DNA from: Octopus vulgaris
Taxonomy: Eukaryota
Length of the DNA stretch: 64,000 nucleotides
Assembly: GCA_951406725.2 (NCBI GenBank)
Contig: OX597815.1
Span: 184,078,001-184,142,000, forward strand
Reading direction: 5' to 3'
A program made the translations under genes and the position numbers. Position 1 is the first letter of the stretch. Every line of letters starts with the position of its first letter. The notes beneath the pieces were generated by a model, which saw only the letters and a list, made by a program, of their open reading frames with translations, had not been told where the DNA came from and did not search any database. Of this stretch, positions 25,400-37,242 are shown one piece after another.

Positions 25400-26710
25400 T
25401 GAATGGTGGGGGAGGCACTGCAGCGTTTTTCCGGTGAGGTCCGGATCACAAAGTGAGGACTATCTTTCTGGACACAGAACGTACGCTGGCGGTCCTGGGT
25501 GTGAACAGTCGTGAAGGGTATGCCTTCAGTCTGGGGACTGTTTATGCTCTGACAGGAGGATGATAACCAAATTTCTTCAAACGTCTGGAAGTTTACATAT
25601 TGACGTCTTGAGCTTTAGTGTTTGTAGGAGATTGGAATATCATCTTACAGCTGTTTGGACAATGTGAGATACACAGATAAAAGAGTGGATGGTAAAAGCC
25701 TCGGAAACCTGCTCATACATTTTCAATTGGCTGTCAGGTATCAAGTGTATTTGCCGGATGTGTCAATGTGGTCTTATCTAGACAGGTCTTACCTAAACTG
25801 GGTATTATGTAAGTCAGTAGATATGGATAGTATAATTTATCCACTTTTGAAAAAACGTTTGTTACACTGATCACACATTTGTTATTTGTAGGGTTGACCT
25901 AGATGGGCTTAGGGCTTACAAGGCAGAGACTATTACAGGAAGTTGAACGCACCACTCCCGGTGTACCAATCTTACAGAGACCGGATTAGGGAATTAGTTA
26001 AACAGCCGTTGATGGAGGCAGTCGTCAACAACAAATGGTGGTTTGCCTTGTACGAAAGCCGGTCGATGGGCATGAAAGGCAGAGAAGCAACATAGCAGCA
26101 AAGCCACAATTCGGTCTTCAGTGGACCAAAATGGACATATGGTATTTGAGCCCGAGGAGATATGCGCGGCATATCAGTATCACTTCGTCTAACTGTTTGG
26201 GATGAATGGCTGACCGGAACGTAGGATGGACTTCTGTACCTGGCTAGACAGCAAGGCAAGACTCTTGGCAAGGAGGTGGGGCGTTGTGAAATGCCGATAC
26301 CGGCCGCGGAAATACAGGATAATGGGTTGCGGTGATGGGTTTCACGGGAGTCATATTGCCTGGTTTGGATGGTCTGCCCTACGAGCTTTTCTGTTAAATT
26401 ATATTCTTGTTTGGCGGCTTTGTAGCAGATGATTACCACAACTGAGCGCAAAGACCCAAACAAGGAGGATCAAATAGAAAAATTAAATTTAGGCTCATAA
26501 CGCTGCAGAACGCAGCTTTCAAAATTTCGTCCAAGGTGTTAGCAAAGAGGTTGGCATGTGTCGAAGAACTGACAGGTAATGCGTAAATATGCACAATCCA
26601 AAGCAAATCCATCCACGACATCTACCTCATGCAATATATCATAAACAATTTAGTTAAAAATCTGGCATGGATGGGTGCCTGACCAACTTCTATCAGTCTA
26701 ATGCCTTCGA
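25400..26710 (+). mobile_element. Decayed L1/Tx1-like ORF2 fragment
   Basis: Endonuclease remnant similar to 12350-12450 and 52300-52450; RT remnant NFRLITLQNAAFKISSKVLAKRL near 26490-26555. Confidence 0.75.
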
Positions 26711-26711
26711 T

Positions 26712-27100
26712 AAGGTGGGGCCCAGCTAGAATTTTCTTCTGGTCGAGTAGCCCACCCCGTTCAGAAGGTCCGTGAAGAAGATTTGTTTTAAGGATGATAA
26801 ACAAAATACTTGTTTTCAGAGGTGAATTATTTAAACCCCAAAGAATCCCTCTCAACACATGGCTATGATGCTCCCCTACTACTTCTGCTAATGATCAGAG
26901 TTGCACATATCGTCAGCCACTAAGGGATATACTCAACTAGTTATGGTCAAACAACTGACAAGCAATCTGTGGTATTGAGCAGAATATTTGCTGTAGCCCA
27001 TCTTTTATACCAAGACAAAACAATGTACATGATAACACTTCCAATCAGTTAAGATCGAAAGCCATGAGAGCCACTGCCTGGTACTGCATCAGGGCATTTA
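26712..27100 (+). mobile_element. Family C copy
   Basis: Reverse-complement homology to 8324-8785; ends ggtactgcatcagggcattta. Confidence 0.75.
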
Positions 27101-27177
27101 TCATTCTTGTTGTTGGTGTTGTTGTTCTTTTCCTTTTTCTTCTTCTAATTATTATTATTATTTTTATAATATTATTA

Positions 27178-28115
27178 AGGCGGGGAGCTGGCAGAAACGT
27201 TAGTACGCTGGACGAAATGCTTAGCTGTATTTCACCTGTCGCTATGTTCTGGGTTGAAATTCCGCTTTGGTCGACTTCGCCTTTCGTCTTTTCGGGGTCG
27301 ATAAATTAAGTACCAATCTAAAAATTAAGACCCACCCACCAATAAAGAAATGTCAAGCCTTGTGCCTATAGAAGAAATGATTAGTATTCCAGCTAAGTTT
27401 TGTGAAAATTTATGAACAGGTATTTCTGTGTCCTGTTCTGTTGTGCTATTTGCTTCTGTGGTGCTGAGAGTTTTCAATTTATTTTTTTCCTTTTGATAGT
27501 TTCTTTTCGTGTCTGTGTCGAAATTATGAGTAGTGAGCTGTCAGGCTTACCAATTCCGTTGATGTTATCAAGAAGATTTTCTTGCCGTTTTTCTCGCTAT
27601 TGCCATTTTTGTTTTTACTTTGTTATTGAATATCGGTTACAGATGTAGTTTATGTTTAATTATTCTTCCTGGATAATGCCCAGGAATTCTGCTTTCTTCA
27701 GTAAGATGAGGCTGATTTTTATTTCATTGCATTACGATACATTTTCTTTTATGTTTTTTGATGTTTGAAACTATGAATTCTTTTTTCTTGATAAATACGG
27801 ATGCTCTTTGGGCAAAGCGCTTAGCTGAATTTTGTCTCCTTTTACGTTGTCCGTCTTAACTTTCTGGCCTTGCGCCAAAATTTGAAACCAACAGACATGT
27901 GTGCTTTAAGGAAGTGAGGTGGCGTTACCATGCCAGGCAAAATGCTTAGCAGTATTTCGTTAATGTTTACGTTCTGAGTTCAAGTTTCGCCAAGTAGTTG
28001 TTTGCCTTTTAATCGTTTCATGATGGATAAGATAAGGACCAATCGATCACTGGTGTCAATGTAATTGACTTAACCCCTCCACTTTAATTGCTGGTTTTTT
28101 GCCAAAATATGAAAT
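27178..28115 (+). mobile_element. Cluster of diverged SINE family A copies (27178-27375, about 27810-27890, 27915-28115)
   Basis: Repeated gcttagc..tatttcg..gttctgagttcaa heads and central-domain remnants. Confidence 0.7.
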
Positions 28116-28160
28116 TAATATATGCGAGTGCTTTAATTATTATCATGGCGTTCTCTAAAG

Positions 28161-28347
28161 CAGTCCTGCTCAAAGGTGTCGGTCTGCGAACCATCAGCTG
28201 CCAGTAAGAAGGTAAGTTTTAATCAGTTTTAATGCTACAGTTCTATACTTAAGAGATGAGGAATTTCGGCTGATATACCCTCCAGACTTCATCAGGTGTC
28301 TTGGGGAAATTCCGAACCTAGGTTCTCATTCTTAAGGTATTTTCCAA

Positions 28348-28389
<42 letters not shown>

Positions 28390-29076
28390 GATTATTATTA
28401 TTATTATCATTCATGTCACTACTTGGAATCGAACTCGGAATCTTGGGGTTGGTAGCCCGTGCTCTTAACCACTATGTCATATGCCCGTGGGTACCTCCCC
28501 CTGTGGGGTGAAGTTAAAATAATAGGCAGAGAGCACCACTGGAAAATACGAAAAGTAAAAGAAGCAGCCATCATAAATGCTAGAACACAGCAACCTCCTA
28601 AGCAGACCGAGTGTTGATATGAATAGCATATGGGAACTGGTTTTATGGAAGGATAGGAAAATATTAGATTTATATGTCCTAAAATTCACTCCCTAATTGC
28701 CCACGGGCATATGGCGTTGTGGTTAAGAGCGCGGGCTACTAACTCCAAGCAGTGACATGAATAATAATAATGATAATCATAATACCTTAGGAATGAGAAC
28801 CCATGTTTGAAAATTCCGCAAGACACCTGATGAAGGCTGGAGGGTATATCATCCCAAGCGTTGTGTTAACAACAAACAAGTTGAGGACAAAAATCCGTCA
28901 AATGTAAATAATGTACAAATTCCTCATCTCTTAAATATAGAATGGTATTATTTGTTTACAAAATAAATATAAGATTAAAAGAATTGTTAACATTATATAT
29001 ATTGTTTCCGAAATAAATGAATATTACTAAAAAATATCAACGGTTCCTAGCACATCAGATAGTTTGAGAAGCACTG
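28161..29076. mobile_element. hAT/Charlie-like MITE hosting the family H palindrome
   Basis: TIRs cagtcctgctcaaa and tttgagaagcactg; 8-bp target duplication ctctaaag (28153-28160) and ttctaaag (29077-29084). Confidence 0.75.
28238..28945. mobile_element. Head-to-head palindromic pair of family H arms flanked by TA
   Basis: Minus arm 28238-28491, spacer about 205 bp, plus arm 28699-28945; ends cagttctatacttaagagatgagg and cctcatctcttaaatatagaatgg. Confidence 0.85.
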
Positions 29077-29117
29077 TTCTAAAGTATACTTTCTTACATT
29101 TGTGCTGACAGAAATTA

Positions 29118-30408
29118 TTAGGTTGGCAACTATGTTCCCGCTGTTTTTTTAATTTAAATTTTTAAAAATGTTTGATAAAAAACGACAACTAATTAATCAA
29201 TAATATATTCACCCATGTTGTTTACAACTTCTTCCCAACGTTCATCAGGATTTTCAATACCTCTTTGGTAGAAATCACCCGATTTCGACTCGAAAAATTG
29301 ATACAACCAACCTCTCAATTTTGCATCAGTATTGAACGAAACTCCGCGCATAGCATTTGAAAGAGATTGAAAGAGGTGGGAATCCATTGGAGCCAAATCA
29401 GAAGTGTAAGACGGGGGTGGCAGTACTTCCCAGCCATGTGTTTGAATGGCTTCCTTGGTGATATTGGTGATATGAGGGCGGTGTTGTCGTGCATCAGAAG
29501 AACTCCATGCTGCCGATTAGGTCTTTTCTCTTGAATAGCCGTGATGAGTCGTTCCATCTGTTGAACATAGAGTTCCGCATTAACTGTTTGGTTCCGTTTA
29601 AGCAATTTGTAATGGATAATCCCTTCCCAGTCTCACTATACGCACAACATTGTTTTACGCGGATGAAGATCTTGTTTTACACGCGGAGTCGCTTGTTTAT
29701 CGGGGCTAAGCCATCCTCACGCACCTTCATATTGATGTACAAGCACCATTTTTCGTTGTCAGTAACGATTCGGTAAAGAAATCGTTGTCTTTGTCCATGA
29801 GTTGAGCGGTGACGAGCAAGCAAACAACTCGTTGATTTTTGGTGTTGTCACTTAAAGCAGTGGAACCCATGCTCCATACTTCTAAAGCTTTCCCATCGAG
29901 TGAGGATGCTTCTCTATAGCAGTGTGAGAGCATTCCATTTTCACTGCCAGTTCCCTTGTCGTTTGACGAGAATTATCATGCAAAATGTTGGCTTAATCGT
30001 TCTTCATCGAACTCAACTGGACGGCCTGAACGAGGTGCGTCTTTGAAGTCAACATTTCCACTTTTGAACTTGGTTATACCAATCACGAACTGTTCTTTCA
30101 GCTATGGCATCCTCTCTATACACAGCACAAATATCGCGAGCAGCTTTTGAGGCCTGAGAACCTTGATTAAAAGCAAAATGAAGGAAGTGTCGGAAATGCG
30201 CGTCTTTCTTAACTTGACATTCCATTTTAATGATCTGAAAATAAACAAAAATTAAGTAAAATTAACTAGAAAAAACAAAAAGAAAATAGATTCTAAAATA
30301 ATTCAAAAATAGAATTCTCGAAAAAAAAACAATAGATTCCAAAATTCAAAAGTGTAATATATTCCAAAATTTAAAAAAAAAAACGGTGGGACTTAGTTGC
30401 CAACCCAA
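29118..30408 (-). mobile_element. Full-length (1291 bp) decayed mariner transposon
   Basis: TIRs ttaggttggcaactatgttccc and gggacttagttgccaacccaa; TA duplications at 29116-29117 and 30409-30410. Confidence 0.95.
29193..30225 (-). pseudogene. Mariner transposase pseudogene (multiple frameshifts)
   Basis: MECQVKKDAHFRH...KDAPRSGRP, WVP, QTVNAELYVQQMERL, LMHDN, DLAPMDSHLF, FYQRGIE..ERWEEVVNNMGEYIID. Confidence 0.93.
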
Positions 30409-31664
30409 TATATTTAGTTTGGCGGAGGTGTATTATTTTAGACTAGAAATGTTTCCAATTGTTATTTTTATAATATCTAATCTTAAATTATCTGCGAAAT
30501 ATTTCGATTTGTCGGAAACAGAAAGAATACACAGAAATTGGAGGGAAACAAGGGGGAAAATATAAAAATAAAAATGCTCGCATCAACAGTAAAAATATAG
30601 ATAATTACGAAAACAGCAACAATAACTACAAAAACAAATTTCAATAACAACGATCATCACTACGATAACACGGACAAAAATAACTACAATAACATCAATA
30701 ACAATAACATTTGCTACAATCGTCTTAGAAATGGAATTTTACTAAGAAAAATTTCAACCGTAACCCTCATTTAGAATATAAGCTCCCCAGTAACAAATGT
30801 TGGGGTTAGAATGCATGGTAAGAAGGAGAGTTTGAATCCGTTTTAATGCTTGTTTCATCTGCAATTGTGTTCCATTTTCAGAGCTGATCCAGATAGATAT
30901 AGAATTTATCATTCAGTTTTTGCTTGTTTCGGTCATTAGACTGCAGCCCTGTTAGGGCACCGCCTTGCTAGTTGAATTGTTAATTTCTATTGGCTATGCA
31001 AAAACAACTTTTTACTAATGGCGCATTTTCTAACTCGGAATGAATTTGGTAAAAACTGAACAGAAAATATAAATAACACACGCACACATACATACAATGA
31101 AGTGCATTTCGTATTCGAGGCTCAACTATAATTTCAATGCATTTTTAGCATAAACAGTTGTAAGATAAGGAAATTCCTTAAAAAGCATATCGTCTCATCC
31201 TTTCTCACCTCATTTCCTTATTACCACCCTCTACACCATTAACCACTCGTTCAAAAGCATTCATATATTCAGTCCAACACAAGATTATTAGTCTCGTAAT
31301 GCCTTATCTATGTATGTATGTATGTATGTATGTATGTATGTATTAAAAATTAATACAAACAGCCAGGCGCAATGCGATACCATAAACGAAAAATACAGGC
31401 GTCACTAACTGTGACTAAGAGTGTCAAAGCACATACAATGCTAGAAATAACAGTTAAAATATACTTGATCCTGCTGCATTAACGGTATTTTAACTCTTAT
31501 TGTAAAGGAATATAGGTGCTTCGGCAGTATTAGTCACACTTATTGACGTTTGTGTGTGTGTACATATATGTATATGTATAAAAAAAAAGAAATGTGGAAA
31601 TTGTACCGGTGAGTGTGTTAAATAATAAGGCACTAAAAGAGAATGACTCTCCCCAGACACAACA

Positions 31665-31714
<50 letters not shown>

Positions 31715-31719
<5 letters not shown>

Positions 31720-31860
31720 GCTTCTTTCAGTTTCTTTGTACTAAATTCACTCACATATCAAATGCTATATTAGAAGACATCTGTTCAAGGTGGCATACAG
31801 TGGGACTGAACCTGGAACCATGTGGTTAGGAAACAAACTTCTTACCACCCGCCCACCCAC
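31715..31860 (-). mobile_element. SINE family B head fragment
   Basis: gggcttctttcagttt...gtgggactgaacctggaaccatgtggtt. Confidence 0.7.
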
Positions 31861-32817
31861 ATATATTGATAATTTTACTAGTATAAGGAACAAATTTCCG
31901 TTACAAAGCCTTGGTTCATATGTAGGTGTATATATATCGTGTTTGTGTCTGTATGAAGGTATATATATATACATATGTGTGTACAAGTTACGTAATGACT
32001 GCGTTGAAATGCAATTAAAATAAAGTGGAAATGTTTAACAATGTAGAAAGAAATAAGCTGAGACCCAATACATTACTAATGATATTTCTGCTCAGTGCAC
32101 AACACTTTAGACTAATACTTTGCGAGTGTAGAGCCAGTGAATTCAAATTCCCATTTAGATAATTGTATAACATATAGGAGCTTCCAGAAAGGCTCTACTA
32201 ATTTTAAATTAAATAGAAGAGAATCAAAGAATTAAATGAAACAATACCCATTAATTTTTACAAACTTTTATAAATCTGTAAAAATGTTTCGGATGTTAAA
32301 CTTATCTTGTCGGTGATATTCTGAAACTAGTTCAGTCTTTTAACTCAAGAAATAGACAAGATAAAATTTTCCTCACTTTAACAATCGGAGAATGATTAAC
32401 ATACCCCTAAATACGGCTTTTCGAAATCTGTCATTAACAGCAGTTTTTATTATTCGTAACATATTCATCTTTTGTTACTGCGGAAAGGAAGTTATGCTTC
32501 TTCACTCGCTGTGGTTAAACGGATTTACGTGCTCAAGGTTTGTTTCTTAAAGCTATGTGTTGTCAAAACTACGGTGGCCTGATAGATTTTTCGCTTGTCA
32601 AATTCCATTTATCAAAATACACCATCCACATACTGAAGAATCATCTGTTGAGAAGGTATTAGCTAACTTCGGTACAACCACCGTGGTGTTACTTAATATA
32701 TTTGTAGTTAAGTTGAATGTCATTCATTGCGTTCTTTCTAAAAATCTCGTGGTACTGACGCCCAGTAAAGATATGCGCCTCAGTATCTAGCGAAAGAATT
32801 TTTACACAATATTCGAT

Positions 32818-32983
32818 TATAGGCGCAAGCATGACCGTGTAGTAAGAAGACTGTTTCCCAAACAGATGGTTCCAGGTTCAGTTCCACCGCGTGGCACCTT
32901 GTGCAATTGTTTTCTACCACAGCATCGAGCCGACGAAATCTTTGTGAGTGGATTTGGTAGAAGAAAACTGAAAGAAGCTCGTC

Positions 32984-33031
<48 letters not shown>

Positions 33032-33800
33032 CTAATGTAGGATAAAATGTTTTTCGGGAAAAAAATTTTATCAATGGCTAGCATATCAAAAAATACCTTT
33101 AAAGGTTAAATTTATAAATAATTTACAAAATAAGGGCGAAAGAAAAATTCTAATGCCAAATATGCCGAAAAAAAAAGACAAAATTGTCAATAACCGATAG
33201 AAATTTCTAAAAAATCCGTTATTACCGTATTGGTCCCAATTTCGGGGTTAATTCATAAGAATTTTCCCCTCTTCAGTGATAAATACGTGAGATATAAGTG
33301 AAATACTTACTCATACCCATGGAAAAAGCAAGCACTAAGTCCTGGGCAGACCTAAGTACCCCAAATATATCCAAAATAGAAAATCTTCGGCACGTCTCGA
33401 GACACGTGTGATTCGAACTAGAAACTTTCACACAGTGAGAGAATTCGGAAGTGAACACTATGAAATTTAAGACTAATGTAGGATAAAATTTTTTTCAAAA
33501 AAATTCTACTTCGAATCACACGTGTCTCAAGATGTGCCGAAGATTTTCTATTTTGGATATATTTGGGGTACTTTACGTGTATGTGTGTGTGTCTTTGTGT
33601 GTGAGTTTGTCTCGCCACCTCACTTGACAACTGATGTCGGTGTGTTTGTGTCCCCCTAACTTAGCTGTTCGGCAAAAGACATCGATGGAATAACTACCAG
33701 GTCTACAAAGAATAAGTCTACTAGATGTCGATTTCTTCGATTAAAAAGGCGTTGCTCCAGCCTGACCACAGTCAAGTGACTGTAACAAGTAAAAGATTAA
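32818..33800 (+). mobile_element. SINE family B split by an insertion (33031-33575) in its internal (TA)n tract
   Basis: Head 32818-32985; tail resumes near 33578 (tgtgtgtctttg...cttgacaactgatg...aacaagtaaaaga). Confidence 0.85.
33222..33282 (-). ncRNA. Type I hammerhead ribozyme motif with canonical core
   Basis: UUAUCA-CUGAAGA-GGGG(18-nt loop)CCCC-GAAA-UUGG(ga)CCAA-UA-CGGUAA; one mismatch in stem I next to the core. Confidence 0.75.
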
Positions 33801-34329
33801 TAGAATAATGGAATGAGACAAGCAAAAATCACTCGAGCCTCCTAGCCATTAGCAATACATTTCACCCCAAATTATCTCTAAATAAAAGTAAGAAATTTCG
33901 GACTTGCGCCAATAACACGTAAGTGAAATAAATGACGCTAAAATGTTTCTGAACACTAAAACATTTACACGTAGAAACTCAAAAACATAAATGTGAAACA
34001 GATAAGGTGTGAAGTCAAGAGAACCAATCGCCAATATAGAACTGTTCATATTATTCATCACAGAGCATATGTATTAGAAATAACACTCGGCTAAGAACAT
34101 AGAAAGACAATATTGCACAGTACTTATTACTTGGTTTTCTACGAAAATAAACATTGTTATCCTTACACTAAAATTTCATTGATTAAAAACCTTTCCCCGT
34201 AATATTTAGTAAATATTACTAAAAACCTTGATGTTATAGTACTGGCATAGTAACGTTGGAAATGAAGTATTTATTTCTTTACTACACACAAGGGGTAGTA
34301 AATAAATAAATAAATAAATAAAGGGGTAG

Positions 34330-34598
34330 TAAAATTTGAACTTACAACGTAACGGCAGACAGAATACCTATTTCTTTATTACCCACAAGGGACTAAACAC
34401 AGATAGGACAAACAAGGACAGAGAAACGGATTAAGTCGATTATATCGACCTCAGTGCGTAGCTGGTACTTAATTTATCGGCCCCGAAAGGATGAAAGGCA
34501 AAGTCGACCTCGACGGAATTTGAACCCAGAACGTAACGTTAGACGAAATACGGTTACGCATTTCGCCCGGCGTGCTAACGTTTCTGCCAGCTCACCGT
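34330..34598 (-). mobile_element. SINE family A with partial tandem second unit
   Basis: Full unit plus read-through junction aaagaaataggtatt. Confidence 0.85.
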
Positions 34599-35058
34599 TT
34601 GAATTTTGACCACTGAATGTATGCATTTACGGAAAAGGAAAATATAAGGAAAAAGGTTAGGAAAAATAAAAAGAATATATAAAAATAACTTTATAAACTA
34701 AATAATAAATCAAATTTAGAAGCTATCTAAAATGTCATCAAAAAAGCAATTATTCGATTATGGTTTGACGTGTACATTATTCATTCATGATTTGACAAGA
34801 AAATATAAAAGAGGAAACATCTAATTTCATTTGTTTTATGTGTCAAGAACATAACATATTTTGGGAATGTGATGGAAGGATATAGGGTGTGAGTTTTGCA
34901 AGGGCAGTGAATTTATGAATGGGGAAAAAGCGAAGTTTAGTTGAATTGTTAATTTCTTTTGGCTATGCAAACAAAAAAATACCTATTTACTCTTTACAAG
35001 CAAGTAAACATAAATGGCGCCTTTTCTGACTCGGAATGAATTTGGTAAAAATTAAATT

Positions 35059-35700
35059 TCTATATATATAAAGCTGAAGTTGTCTGTGTATGGCAGGTTT
35101 GGTAGCCTTCAACTAACACTATATCCTCCGAGACCCTGCGGCGCAAGTTGACCAAAATTAAAAATATGATAGAAGAAAAAATGCAAATCGGACCATGTTA
35201 AGACCAAAAATCATTTACATCAAAAAGATGACTTTTTTTCCATGAAAATCCCTATTTTTTACGATTTTTGAGAATGTGTGTGTGTCTGTCTGTGTGTTTC
35301 CCTAAAACTTGAGAACTACACAACCAATTTCTCTCAAATTTTACACATGCCTTACTTAGGGTCCGGGGAGTGTCATCGGCAAAAGATTTTTTTAACTTTT
35401 TGCTTAGGGCGAGCCCACAGCAATATCATATCTTCTCCACTATGATTCCCTAAAACTTGAGAACTACACAACCAATTTCATTCAAGTTTTACACATGCCT
35501 TACTTAGGGTCCATGTAGTTTCATGGGCAAAACAATTGTTCAACTTCTTGCCCAGGGCGAGCCCATAGCAATATCATATCTTCTCCACTATTTCAGTATT
35601 ACGTGTTAAAACTGAAACAAAAACATTTCTCTATTTTATATCAGATACTTTCAATTTAACAATAAAAATTAGAGATAATAATAACAATTGAATTATATGT
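35059..35700 (+). mobile_element. Non-autonomous Helitron 5' portion with about 150-bp internal tandem duplication
   Basis: Starts TCTATATATATAAAGCTG; homologous to 20599-20995; duplicated unit 35297-35442 and 35446-35592. Confidence 0.75.
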
Positions 35701-35946
35701 AGTAAGTAATAATTAAAATCAAACTAAAGTACAATATAATCGTAACATAACAAAAGTAAAAATAGCAATTGGTATAAAATTGCATCAATGACCTGAACTT
35801 GAATAAGTGGTTTCACATGAATGGGAATAAATTAAAAATAAAATTAGCGTGCAGAAATTAAATAGTCCTACAATTCCAGTCTGTTATATATTTTCAGTGT
35901 TGTTATCACTAGCGATATCAAGATATAACTTTGTATTTTATGTGTA

Positions 35947-35988
<42 letters not shown>

Positions 35989-36079
35989 TGTACACGTAAT
36001 ATGTACACATATATATACACATATACACATGCACTAGCACTATGACCCGGCAAAGACGGGTCATAAAGCTAGTATATAT

Positions 36080-36470
36080 AATGTGACCTCGTGTATACCG
36101 TTGGCGATTTTTTTTTCTCTGACTTCCCTTCTCTGGATCTTTCCTTCTCCTATGTTTCCGACGAAAAGCTCCGCTCGAAACGTTAAACCCTCCTTCTTCC
36201 CTTCTTTCCTGAGCGTCCAATAATACTATATTCGTTCCACGTCCTCGCGTTGTTGTGTTTTTTTTTTTGTGCTTTCTAGTTAATCCAAACATGAAAACAC
36301 AAACAGAAAACAAGAAAGCGAGGACGTGGAACAAGTAGAGTGTTATTGGACGCCGAGGAAAGAAGAAAAGAAGGAGGGTATAACGTTTCGTCAGAAACAT
36401 AGGAAAAGGAAAGATCCAAAGAAGGGAAGACGAAGGAAAAAATCGCTTACGGTACACACGCGGTCACATT
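36080..36470. mobile_element. Tail-to-tail inverted pair of HHR-bearing repeat family D
   Basis: 36080-36270 is an imperfect reverse complement of 36295-36470; HHR-like motif at 36154-36188; homologue at 63510-63690. Confidence 0.8.
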
Positions 36471-37242
36471 TTGAATGGATCAACGGATATATATATATAT
36501 ATGCGTTGATAAGAGCCAATGACCTCGAAACCGGTCCGTATGTAGTATTCGTATCTTCGAGGGAGGATGACCTCCTTTGCAGGCAAACAAGGACACTGAG
36601 ATGGTGTCAGCCCTTCTGGTGACGTTGATGATCGCCTGGGGCTAAAAGCATCAGTAACACCCCCACCACCCCGCCCTGTCCCTAGCCACATTCAGATGGC
36701 TGATCCCCCTTACGTTATATATATATATACAGCAATTGTACTAGGAGTTTTGGTCAGGTGACTCCAACTAATATGCATTCAGAGTGCACAGTTTCGTATG
36801 CCACAAATACTCCGGTTTGGAATTCGGTTGAACATGTAATGTCGATACTGCTTTTCTGAAGCAGCTTGACCCCAGCTTTCCATACCTCCTGGTATTCGTC
36901 AATATGATGTAGACACCCCTGATGAGAGCGCGATAAATGTAGAAAATTGATAAAGCCTGTTCATAATTTGTTCAATATTCTTCCAAAATTAAATGTATCC
37001 TGGTTATATATCTACTACGTATGTTACACAAGCACAGACACACAAACACACACACACATATTTATACACACACAGAGGTAATTATATATTTGCCAGCCAT
37101 TATTACGCAAAACCTTTATTATGTAAATTCTACGATCTAATCAGCAAAAATAAGTGTTTAAATGGAAAACTTCCACTTCGCAGCTTTCTGTTACATAGTT
37201 TCATATCTCTGTGCTGAAGAATAATGAACATAATACACATAT

